In this document: positions 27,944 through 35,573 of the stretch, piece after piece
How positions within the stretch are numbered: position 1 is the first letter of the stretch
How the letters are laid out: each line of letters starts with the position of its first letter
Virus record (IMG/VR): IMGVR_UViG_3300029290_000005
Coordinates: 1-38,989 of that record
DNA from: a virus
Lineage: Duplodnaviria > Caudoviricetes
Reading direction: 5' to 3' (one strand)
Length of the DNA: 38,989 nucleotides
Notes under the pieces: generated by a model
What the model saw: only the letters and a program-made list of their open reading frames with translations
Database searches by the model: none
Told to the model about the DNA's origin: nothing
Program-made: the position numbers and the translations under genes

Positions 27944-29191
27944 TTATTCTCCTCGTAACTCATCATATCGTTGTTGTAATTGGTCCCGAACATTAATAGT
28001 GAAATCTATTCCACTACTGACATTGATGAATCCACGCGAATCAAATTTCCATTGATTACCATCTGTCCCTTCTAACGAGAAGAAATACTCTGTATTTGGT
28101 TCAAAGTAATGCAACGTACAAATGGTGAAATTGTATTCTGCCCATACGCCAAAATATGGATCATATTTCTCTGGAACAGCTTTAATCTCAATCGTTGTAG
28201 AGGTATTGGTTGCTGGCTGGTCACCATTATTGAACCAAACTCGTGCTTGAGTTGCATAGGCAGGGACCTTCACAATCCGATTGGAATTGACTACACCTGA
28301 TTGAATTCGGGTATCGTAGTAAATGTTGCCAAATTTATCCTTCCATTGAATTCGAGATGCATTCGACAACCCATCCGTCTTCATCCATAAATGGGTTTCA
28401 CCACTTATATTGAACCAAGATGTCATCCTATGACCGACATTAGGTGTTCCATTACCTGAAGAAATACTATTAGAGAGGATAGAACCATCGATTATCGTCA
28501 AACTTTTACTTGGTTCATTAACCAGTAACTCACCCATTTTCTGATAAGTCGGCATGGCAATTTGATACGGTGTAAATGGATCAAGTTTAAATAACTCTCG
28601 TGGTTGCCAGCCTTGATCACAAGATAATTGATAATTTGGAATATTATCTGCCGTTGGCAAAGTAGTTGTTCCAAGCATCAAATTAATTGTCGGCGCCTGA
28701 ATACCAGCTAATCCAGTTAATCGAAACTCTTCACTTTGTTTATCTGACAAGCGAACTAATAGTTTCATTGATCCACTTAGCAAAGCATGGGTTGGCTGTT
28801 CACCTAAATATTTGAAATGACTAACTCCCCCCTCATAGGTTCGAGACATTGCAAATAAATTTGGAGCAACAGCTGTATCTGTCAAAGTCGTATGAATCTC
28901 CTGAATAGGTAGACTATATGACTTGTCAGCAAATTTCTTACAGGCAACCTTTTGATTAAAAAAGCCAGTTCCATTACAAAAACGGATTTGTGCCTGGGCC
29001 AAAATAGGAGAAACAATATAGGGCATACTTGTTTGCGTGTATGTCCCATTCCCTACTGCTCTAATTTCCTCTAAAGCATCAACTCCATATCCACCCACAG
29101 TTCCTTGAGAACTATTCGCATAATATGCAGATAGATTCTTCAACTCTCCAGGTTCAATTTGAACTGGTGCATTATTTCCAGTAATAGTCAT
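27944..29191 (-). CDS. Hypothetical beta-rich protein with possible carbohydrate-binding module
   Basis: 415 aa, GAGGT RBS. TSWFNISG...RIQWKDKFGN...VKVPAYATQARVW resembles CBM-like modules of phage tail proteins. Stop is 2 nt from the hydrolase start. Confidence 0.65.
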   Translation of the reverse strand: MTITGNNAPVQIEPGELKNLSAYYANSSQGTVGGYGVDALEEIRAVGNGTYTQTSMPYIVSPILAQAQIRFCNGTGFFNQKVACKKFADKSYSLPIQEIHTTLTDTAVAPNLFAMSRTYEGGVSHFKYLGEQPTHALLSGSMKLLVRLSDKQSEEFRLTGLAGIQAPTINLMLGTTTLPTADNIPNYQLSCDQGWQPRELFKLDPFTPYQIAMPTYQKMGELLVNEPSKSLTIIDGSILSNSISSGNGTPNVGHRMTSWFNISGETHLWMKTDGLSNASRIQWKDKFGNIYYDTRIQSGVVNSNRIVKVPAYATQARVWFNNGDQPATNTSTTIEIKAVPEKYDPYFGVWAEYNFTICTLHYFEPNTEYFFSLEGTDGNQWKFDSRGFINVSSGIDFTINVRDQLQQRYDELRGE

Positions 29192-29227
29192 ATTTACCTC
29201 GTTTACTAAAAAATCCCTGACGGAATA

Positions 29228-29383
29228 TCAGGACTTGGTTTTAAGTTGCTCGAGGCAATCTGACTTGGCATTCGTGATGCTAAAAGAATTAATAGTTTTA
29301 CAACGTGGGCATTTAATTTCTAAAAAGGAAAAAGTTCCTTTAGCTAATAAACGCCCACATGAACTGCAATGTATTAACTTCAT
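29228..29383 (-). CDS. com: Mu Com-family zinc-finger translational regulator (51 aa; missing from the ORF track)
   Basis: Translated by hand: MKLIHCSSCGRLLAKGTFSFLEIKCPRCKTINSFSITNAKSDCLEQLKTKS. CxxC-x-LL...EIKCPRCK is the Com signature; AGGA RBS. Confidence 0.9.
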   Translation of the reverse strand: MKLIHCSSCGRLLAKGTFSFLEIKCPRCKTINSFSITNAKSDCLEQLKTKS

Positions 29384-29428
29384 TTGATTTTCCTGTGCAA
29401 AAGCTTTCTTTTTTGATAGCCTTCACCA

Positions 29429-29562
29429 ATCGTGTGCACGATAGCTGGGCTTGCTTTTGACAGGTATACGCTGTCATGAGATCGGCATACTGTTCCCGCA
29501 GTATGTCGTTCCCAGTCTTAAGACATGAAAAAAACTCGGTATCCGTTAGGAACCGAGTTTTT
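29429..29562 (+). ncRNA. Predicted structured RNA antisense to the com leader
   Basis: Closing stem GCTGGG/CCCAGT, hairpins TGACAG/CTGTCA and CGGCATACTG-TTCCCG-CAGTATGTCG. G.U pairs work only on +. Upstream TGaTAGCCT -10; downstream terminator 29528-29562. Confidence 0.55.
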
Positions 29563-29573
29563 CTTTGGACAAT

Positions 29574-29600
29574 AAAAAAGCTCACCTATTGGCGAGCTTT
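29574..29600 (-). terminator. tR'-like terminator just downstream of the late promoter
   Basis: AAAGCTCGCC-aata-GGTGAGCTTTTTT. Confidence 0.75.
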
Positions 29601-29629
29601 AATATCAGTGGTTTACTTACACTTCAAAC

Positions 29630-29670
29630 ACTATAACATAAATATGCCACAACCTGTGTACACAAGTCAA
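29630..29670 (-). promoter_or_regulatory. PR'-like late promoter with candidate qut and pause element
   Basis: TTGACT-18 bp-CATATT, palindrome TGTGTACACA in the spacer, second -10-like TATAGT 5 nt downstream. Confidence 0.6.
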
Positions 29671-29685
29671 TAAAGGAATTAAATA

Positions 29686-31035
29686 CTAATAAGACTTGTA
29701 ACGTGAACTTGGCGGATGTGGAAAATAGGCCTTATTTGATTTTGCTGTTGCTTGAGTTTTATTTTTCAACTCTGAGATTTCTTTAGCTTCTATTACTAAT
29801 TCAACACCTTTTTGTTCTGCCCTAAGACGAACATATCCGCGTAACATCTTTTCATTGTAAATGAACTGACCCTTTTTTAAACCATTCTTTAAAATAGGAC
29901 CATATTCTTCTTTTAGAAGGTTTCTAACTCTTAGTGAGAATTTTTTTAAATCTAATACATCACTGTCTTGAAATTGTTTCATGATTCCTAAGTATTGGTC
30001 ATACATTGTTTTAATGTATTCACCAATATTATCTTCAGCAACAATAGTTGACCACACAACCTCCTCATAATCACGAGAACGCTGATTAATAGCCTTTTCA
30101 TAAGGTCGAGACAATTCCGTATGTATAGCATCGATAGCTATATCAATCGCATTATGATAATCCTCCCATTCAACATCAGTTATTTGGGTAGGTTTGTCAT
30201 ATAACAACCACAATAATTTTTCAATTATCAAATGAACATAAAAAGGATAACCATCACTAATCAGGGCAATTCTGATATAAATTGAACGATCAATATTTAT
30301 ATCAAATGCTTTCATTGCTTCTATAGCAATTTCCCATCGAGCATCCCAAGATAATTTGGGTAACTCTATAGTTTCTAATTGACGTATAGCAGATCGATGC
30401 GAACCTAGTATTTCATCAAGAGTGTCTGCAATACCAGTAAAGATAAACTTAACATCGACACGCTTATCTCCTAATTGCTTTAAAAAATCAGCAAATTTTT
30501 CTACTTCTTCTACCTCTTTTATTCGATCAACCTCATCCACAACTACTAACAAAGGTTCATCAAAAAACTCTGAAAGCTCTTTTAAGATTTCAATTCCATC
30601 ACTTAAGCATTTAATTTCATTTTTAAAATTTATATATTCAACTTCACTTTCTCTCTTGAAAGTGAACCATTTAAAGCCAATTTGGAAGGTATTTTTTACC
30701 TTTTTTCTTTTTAATACAGTTTTATTAATAGCTTGAGTAGCGATAGTTGAGATCATTGACAGTACTGTTGTATCTGGAGCACATGAAATATCAATATAAC
30801 AGCTATGTCCTCCACACCATTCATTAGCAGCAGTAGCCGCTAATGAGGACTTACCGACCCCTCTCTCACCATAAATAAAAACATTTCTTCCTGTTGCATA
30901 AAGTGCTTGTTGTATTCTACTTAATTGTTTTTCTCTCCCTTTTAAATGCTCTAAAGACAATACAGGTCTTGAAGGAGAAACAACTTCATTCAACAATTTA
31001 CCAAATGTTTTTCTATCGTAGTTCTTAATAGCCAT
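29686..31035 (-). CDS. AAA+/P-loop ATPase (Orc1/Cdc6-like architecture) cargo protein
   Basis: LKGRE, YGERGVGKSS Walker A, VVVDEVDR Walker B, FIFTG, SDGYPFYVHL; AT-rich. Confidence 0.85.
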   Translation of the reverse strand: MAIKNYDRKTFGKLLNEVVSPSRPVLSLEHLKGREKQLSRIQQALYATGRNVFIYGERGVGKSSLAATAANEWCGGHSCYIDISCAPDTTVLSMISTIATQAINKTVLKRKKVKNTFQIGFKWFTFKRESEVEYINFKNEIKCLSDGIEILKELSEFFDEPLLVVVDEVDRIKEVEEVEKFADFLKQLGDKRVDVKFIFTGIADTLDEILGSHRSAIRQLETIELPKLSWDARWEIAIEAMKAFDINIDRSIYIRIALISDGYPFYVHLIIEKLLWLLYDKPTQITDVEWEDYHNAIDIAIDAIHTELSRPYEKAINQRSRDYEEVVWSTIVAEDNIGEYIKTMYDQYLGIMKQFQDSDVLDLKKFSLRVRNLLKEEYGPILKNGLKKGQFIYNEKMLRGYVRLRAEQKGVELVIEAKEISELKNKTQATAKSNKAYFPHPPSSRYKSY

Positions 31036-31063
31036 GCAAATACCCCTATTTGGATCAATAATA

Positions 31064-31552
31064 TCAAATATTTAGTAATTCTGTTTTTAAATTAGGGTAT
31101 CTTCCACTAATAAACGCTAATCCACATTTCATATCCTGACGGATTTGAATTGTGGATGTTTCAAACAAAGCAGCTGCTTTTCTTAATTTAGTATCATCAA
31201 CATATACGCACCAAATTACATCTAACCATTCTTGTAAAATTTCACTATCGTATTTTCTTAAGTCTAAAATAATTCTTTGGAATGCACGTGCTTCATTATC
31301 ATCTATTTGACATGAAATACCTTTATGAAAACTTGGCTCTTTGAAATTTTCGTCACTCATATATTTGGCTAGCAATTCTACCCTTTGTTTTTTGGTTAAT
31401 TTTTTTGTGGGAATAGATTTATAAAATTTCTGTCTTCTTTCAGAATCGCCATTAATCCATGCACCAAATTGGCGAAACCAATCTTCAGCACTGAATTTGG
31501 ACCAATCGACCGCTTGTAAAATGTGTTGTTGTACTGGCATATTCATTTTCAT
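31064..31552 (-). CDS. Putative late antiterminator (Q-like)
   Basis: WFRQFGAW, CQIDDNEAR, C-terminal HTH-like segment; last early-right gene before the PR'-like promoter. Confidence 0.65.
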   Translation of the reverse strand: MKMNMPVQQHILQAVDWSKFSAEDWFRQFGAWINGDSERRQKFYKSIPTKKLTKKQRVELLAKYMSDENFKEPSFHKGISCQIDDNEARAFQRIILDLRKYDSEILQEWLDVIWCVYVDDTKLRKAAALFETSTIQIRQDMKCGLAFISGRYPNLKTELLNI

Positions 31553-31941
31553 CCTACCAATTGCTCAAATTGTTTAATCGCCACGCCTACTTTCACTTGC
31601 TCTGTACTAAAACGTAAAACTGTAAAACCCATCATTGCTGCTTCGTTATATTTCTCCATGTCTCCTAAATAGCCTTTGCCTCTGATATGCCGTCCACCAC
31701 TCCAGATACCACCTTCAACCTCGACCAGAATCTTAGTGCCCGTAATTAAAAAATCTGCTCTCCATTTGCGTTTCGGATGGAATTTATATTCCTGCTCGAA
31801 ATCAATCTTGCAGGCTTTAAGGTGAGTTGCTAATAAAATCTCCCCTACACTTGGCTCCCGTGTTTGCTTTGCTGAACGGCGCTTTTTATTTTTCTGAATA
31901 GGAAATAAATCACGATATTCAGCAAGGCTCATTGAACTCAC
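31549..31941 (-). CDS. PD-(D/E)XK endonuclease (DUF559-like)
   Basis: EQEYKFHPKRKWRADF, LVEVEGG, GGRH, EKYNEA; GTG start at 31941 coupled by a GTGA overlap. Confidence 0.8.
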   Translation of the reverse strand: MSSMSLAEYRDLFPIQKNKKRRSAKQTREPSVGEILLATHLKACKIDFEQEYKFHPKRKWRADFLITGTKILVEVEGGIWSGGRHIRGKGYLGDMEKYNEAAMMGFTVLRFSTEQVKVGVAIKQFEQLVG

Positions 31942-32051
31942 TCTTTGATTGCCTCCTTGCGCGTATACCACCAAAGCACTACAACACCACAGATGACACT
32001 AGTTATGATTGAGATGAGCATTGCCCATGCCAAAATTTCGAATTTGTTCAT
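31938..32051 (-). CDS. Small single-TM protein (37 aa; missing from the ORF track)
   Basis: MNKFEILAWAMLISIITSVICGVVVLWWYTRKEAIKE; GGAG RBS; ATGA and GTGA overlaps with both neighbours. Confidence 0.7.
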   Translation of the reverse strand: MNKFEILAWAMLISIITSVICGVVVLWWYTRKEAIKE

Positions 32052-33010
32052 ACTATTTCTCCATTACGTTTTGTTTGAAATCCAACTTGAATTAGGTAAG
32101 GCATTAATTTTTGTTGTTGCTCAGGATCTGTAAGCTTAGCTGCGATACGAGCAGCTAGTTGTTCATAGCTCTCGTTCCCTTCGGCGTATTTACTTGCAAA
32201 CTCAGGATGTACAGAAAGTTTTTGAGCAAATGAGTAAATCTGTTTTGAACTAAGAGTGCTTGATTCTCCCTGCGGGACTCGAACCTGTGTTCCAGTATTT
32301 GAAGTTTTAACTTGTCCACGTGCTTGGTATTTGCCACATGCGTTGATCAACCAATCTGCAAAGTGGTAATTCATGAGTTCATCACAAAGATTCTTCTCAG
32401 CGTTGTAGAGTTCAAAAGCACGTAACTCCCGATCGAACCAAGTCGCGTTTTTGATCTGCTCGTAAGTTTCCTGATCAGTTGCCAAAAGAATTTCTTCACC
32501 AAGTTTTTTCAAACTCAGCCATGTTTTTTTATTTTTAGATTCATCTGATAGATTCTTTGGTAGATTCCGTGTCCCAACGTTGGTACTGTTTAATGGGATT
32601 GTTGGTACTCTTTCCTCGGAACAATGGGACTGTTCCGTTGTTGGAACTGTTCCATTATTGGTACTGTTTAAATCATCATTTTCAGTGTCAAAGTGTACCT
32701 TTGTTGGTACTGTTTCCCGGCCTTTAACTCCGATCAAAAGATAGACTTTTACCTGCTTAGTTTTACCTTCGCGCTTACCAGTATCGATAATAAATCCGTC
32801 TTCAATTAACTCATCAATGATTTTTAAAACGGTCTTACGGTCCATTTCCGTGTCATCAACTAAACGAGCAATACTTGGATAGCATTCATGTGTTTCACCA
32901 GCTCGATCGGCTAGTGAAAGAAGGACTAATTTTTTGAGTGGTTTTAATGCTCCACCCACCTTTTGTTTTTGGCGGGTTTTCCAAGCCCAAATAGTTGCAT
33001 CTAGACTCAT
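32048..33010 (-). CDS. Phage replication initiator (N-terminal HTH, lambda O-like)
   Basis: KLVLLSLADRA...CYPSIARL...LIEDGFI; contains internal iterons. Confidence 0.88.
   Translation of the reverse strand: MSLDATIWAWKTRQKQKVGGALKPLKKLVLLSLADRAGETHECYPSIARLVDDTEMDRKTVLKIIDELIEDGFIIDTGKREGKTKQVKVYLLIGVKGRETVPTKVHFDTENDDLNSTNNGTVPTTEQSHCSEERVPTIPLNSTNVGTRNLPKNLSDESKNKKTWLSLKKLGEEILLATDQETYEQIKNATWFDRELRAFELYNAEKNLCDELMNYHFADWLINACGKYQARGQVKTSNTGTQVRVPQGESSTLSSKQIYSFAQKLSVHPEFASKYAEGNESYEQLAARIAAKLTDPEQQQKLMPYLIQVGFQTKRNGEIV
32580..32714. repeat. Replication origin iterons
   Basis: Six copies of TTGGTACTGTT or close variants at 32580, 32602, 32624, 32641, 32658 and 32704, next to an AT-rich tract (about 32505-32545). 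Confidence 0.8.
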
Positions 33011-33300
33011 TTATCCCCCTCTTCATTCAACTGAATGAATGTGCTACCCAAATAGCGGATCCGTTTAGCCCGATATAAACTTGAGATGATCTGGCCAGCA
33101 TGAATAAGATAAATCCCATGTTTTCCATGCTCGTCAACCAAAGCCTGCATGAATTCATCACGTGTTACAGCAGCATTTTTTTCGTCACGGTTTTGGCGGG
33201 CTAAATTTTCCTTCCGTTTTTTCAACAAACCAGACAAGGTTCTTAAAGCTGGTTCATGCCAGGATTGAATATGCTTTTGTTGTTGTTCAAAGGTACTCAT
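33007..33300 (-). CDS. Hypothetical phage protein
   Basis: 97 aa, ATGA overlaps on both sides, GGAGG RBS. Confidence 0.75.
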   Translation of the reverse strand: MSTFEQQQKHIQSWHEPALRTLSGLLKKRKENLARQNRDEKNAAVTRDEFMQALVDEHGKHGIYLIHAGQIISSLYRAKRIRYLGSTFIQLNEEGDK

Positions 33301-33575
33301 GACACCTCCGCTAATGCTTGCTCAGCTTTTGTTAGGCGGCGTTTAGCGTTGAGCTCTGCTACTGTTGCTGTACGGATTTCTTTTGATGAAACCAGAATCA
33401 AATGATTCTCTGATTTGATAGTCCACAACCTAGTCAATGTTTTATTTTTAACCTCAAATAAATCGTTTGATTTAAAATTACGGCACTCTTCAGTAAGCAC
33501 CACTACATCACCCACTAAAAACTCTTGTGAGTTGTGTTCATTCAATTGATTTGGTAAATTAGTTTGCATATTCAT
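33297..33575 (-). CDS. Hypothetical phage protein
   Basis: 92 aa; FLVGDVVV and EIRTATVAEL patterns common in phage early proteins; AGGA RBS. Confidence 0.75.
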   Translation of the reverse strand: MNMQTNLPNQLNEHNSQEFLVGDVVVLTEECRNFKSNDLFEVKNKTLTRLWTIKSENHLILVSSKEIRTATVAELNAKRRLTKAEQALAEVS

Positions 33576-33632
33576 GGGTTCCTAAATTTGTGAATTGCAA
33601 CCACTCCTGTTCGCGCAGGTAGTGGTTTTTTA
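33567..33632 (+). ncRNA. Predicted small antisense RNA over the start/RBS of the 92-aa gene (OOP-like position)
   Basis: TTGTGT-17-TAAATT with extended TG (33532-33560); hairpin AACCACTCCTG-TTCGCG-CAGGTAGTGGTT plus T tract. Confidence 0.45.
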
Positions 33633-33950
33633 TTTGAATAAAATTCGCATGTATTCAGGTGACGTAAATGCATGCGCTAAATACACTCTTGTTGCTTCTG
33701 CAATTTCTGGTGAGCAATACACATCACTTTCTGGGACTACCTTCAAACCAAGAGCTGTCAATAAAAAGCTAATAAACTCAATCTCAGTCAATCCATTGGA
33801 TTTCTTATCGGTTTTCATTCTTGAAAGAATGCTTGCATCAACACTTACTTTCTCTGCGACTAGTCTTTGGTTGCTTGCATTAAGTGCTTGCAATATGAGC
33901 GATTCGTTATTGCTAGCGCTTGCAGGCAACTCATTTAATACTTTGCTCAT
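33630..33950 (-). CDS. CII-like transcriptional activator
   Basis: After cro; NQRLVAEKVSVDASILSRMK HTH and LTALGLKVVP. Confidence 0.75.
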   Translation of the reverse strand: MSKVLNELPASASNNESLILQALNASNQRLVAEKVSVDASILSRMKTDKKSNGLTEIEFISFLLTALGLKVVPESDVYCSPEIAEATRVYLAHAFTSPEYMRILFK

Positions 33951-33960
33951 GGCATGTTTC

Positions 33961-34212
33961 CTAAGCGGTTAATGTTCCAAGTTTTTTGTTTAAACCCTTT
34001 TGAGGGCGTAGTTCTATCCAGATATCTTGATAGCTATCTGGGAAAAGTTCTTTTCTAGTGGTTAATCCAAGATCTTCGGCAATTACTGCAAGTCTAATTT
34101 TTCTATCTAGTGGTATAGCTTTCCATCCACTTACAGATGAAGGTGCAATACCTAGAAGTCTTGCTACCGCTGTGACACCGCCCAATACATCAATAAGTTG
34201 TGCGTCATTCAT
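33961..34212 (-). CDS. cro: Cro-like repressor
   Basis: LGGVTAVARLLGIAPSSVSGW HTH; divergent from cI. Confidence 0.85.
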   Translation of the reverse strand: MNDAQLIDVLGGVTAVARLLGIAPSSVSGWKAIPLDRKIRLAVIAEDLGLTTRKELFPDSYQDIWIELRPQKGLNKKLGTLTA

Positions 34213-34240
34213 AACGTGCTCCTAATTTTTCATCAATTAT

Positions 34241-34301
34241 TAGGTATTCCTTATTTTAAATCAATAGGAATACCTAATTTTATTTATGTTAGGATTCCCT
34301 A
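34241..34301. promoter_or_regulatory. OR-like region: three operators
   Basis: TAGGTATTCCTT (34241), TAGGAATACCTA (34265), TAGGATTCCCTA (34290). Confidence 0.85.
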
Positions 34302-34320
34302 ATATTGTAAGGATAGTTTT

Positions 34321-35112
34321 ATGAACACTCTTGCTGAACGTCTTAGATATGCTATGGAAGTCTTGCCTACAAAGAAGATTAAAGGTGTAGACCTTGCTAG
34401 AGCTGTGGGTGTTAAACCTCCTTCCGTTAGCGATTGGCTTTCAGGTAAATCTAAAAAAATGGAAGGTGAAAACCTTTTAAAAGCGGCAAAGTACTTAAAA
34501 GTAAGTGCTGCTTGGTTAGCAACTGGTGTAGGTGAACCAAAAGAAGAACATATTAAAAATGTAGCAAACGCTGAAAGTGAAGCTCAATTTAAAATTATTG
34601 ATATTGAAGCATTTAAAAAGAAATACAATATTTCAGAAAGTGATGAAGCTGTCCTATTCTCGACTGTTGTTGATAAACCTTTTATGCCCTCTTCAAAACG
34701 ATGGGTTCCAGTAAAAGCTTACTCAAAAATGGGGATGGATGGCTTCTTCGTAGATATGGGATTTGAAGGCAATGGTGGAGATGGGTATATCCCAACTCAT
34801 ACGGCAGGAGCTAAAGCTTATGCTGTAAAAGGAACTGGTGATTCTATGTTTCCTGCAATCCGTAATGGCTGGTATGTAGTTTGCGATCCCGATGCAGAAC
34901 CTGTGCCAATGGAATTTGTTCAAGTATGTTTAAAAGATGGACGTTGCACAATTAAAGAATTTATAGGTATACATAATGATGTTCTGAGTCTTATCGCTGT
35001 AAATGGAGGCGAACGACTTACTTTTAATATGGATGAAGTAGAAAGTATTACCGCTATTACTGATATTGTCCCGCCAAGCCAACATAGGCACGAACATCCT
35101 AAAGCAAATTAA
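34321..35112 (+). CDS. cI: CI repressor (HTH plus S24 peptidase)
   Basis: GVDLARAVGVKPPSVSDW HTH; GDSMFP catalytic Ser and TIKEF catalytic Lys. Confidence 0.95.
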   Translation: MNTLAERLRYAMEVLPTKKIKGVDLARAVGVKPPSVSDWLSGKSKKMEGENLLKAAKYLKVSAAWLATGVGEPKEEHIKNVANAESEAQFKIIDIEAFKKKYNISESDEAVLFSTVVDKPFMPSSKRWVPVKAYSKMGMDGFFVDMGFEGNGGDGYIPTHTAGAKAYAVKGTGDSMFPAIRNGWYVVCDPDAEPVPMEFVQVCLKDGRCTIKEFIGIHNDVLSLIAVNGGERLTFNMDEVESITAITDIVPPSQHRHEHPKAN

Positions 35113-35145
35113 AATTTGGAATGAAATTCTATATGGGGTTAAATT

Positions 35146-35484
35146 TTGAAATGGCTTAGAAAGTGGTGGCAAGGTAAATATATAGAACCACCAAAAGCAA
35201 GAAGTTCAGATGATTTGATATTTATGATGGGCAGTTACGAAAAGCATTGGACATCAAAATTTGTTCACTGGCTTATTTCTCTTTTCACCCATCCTGAAAG
35301 ACGAGCAATCTTTTTAGCTGTAATGGGTTTTATAACTTTTATTTTTATGATTTTTAAATATTTTAATCATGAGAGCTCCAATCAAAGACCAATTAATTCG
35401 GATTTAAATTATCAAGAACAAGAAAAGATTAAAACTACTCAACCTGAAGAGTTTAAGGTCACAAATGAACAATCCCCGAAATGA
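35146..35484 (+). CDS. Small membrane protein downstream of cI
   Basis: TTG start, one TM (AIFLAVMGFITFIFMIF); a terminator follows at 35528-35553. Confidence 0.55.
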   Translation: MKWLRKWWQGKYIEPPKARSSDDLIFMMGSYEKHWTSKFVHWLISLFTHPERRAIFLAVMGFITFIFMIFKYFNHESSNQRPINSDLNYQEQEKIKTTQPEEFKVTNEQSPK

Positions 35485-35527
35485 CCTCTACTTTAAACAA
35501 GCTATTTAAAGTTATTTCGTACATATG

Positions 35528-35553
35528 GCCCATCAAAGGATGGGTTTTATTTT
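35528..35553 (+). terminator. Terminator of the cI transcript
   Basis: GCCCATC-AAAG-GATGGGT-TTTATTTT. Confidence 0.7.
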
Positions 35554-35573
35554 GTTCGGAAAATAAAAATTAT

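Noticed and set aside
29429-29520. tRNA call for the multi-stem element
   Set aside because: No GTTCRA T-loop, no proper D or anticodon arm geometry, and no CCA end.
29340-29673. ORF-track ORFs 29340-29585 (-) and 29476-29673 (+)
   Set aside because: They run through terminators, promoter and RNA stems without a good RBS; the convincing gene is com in another frame. A leader-peptide role is not fully excluded.
32580-32714. Repeat cluster as a CRISPR or mini-array
   Set aside because: The units are 11 bp with 6-11 bp gaps (one longer) inside the initiator gene, which fits iterons; no cas genes are present.
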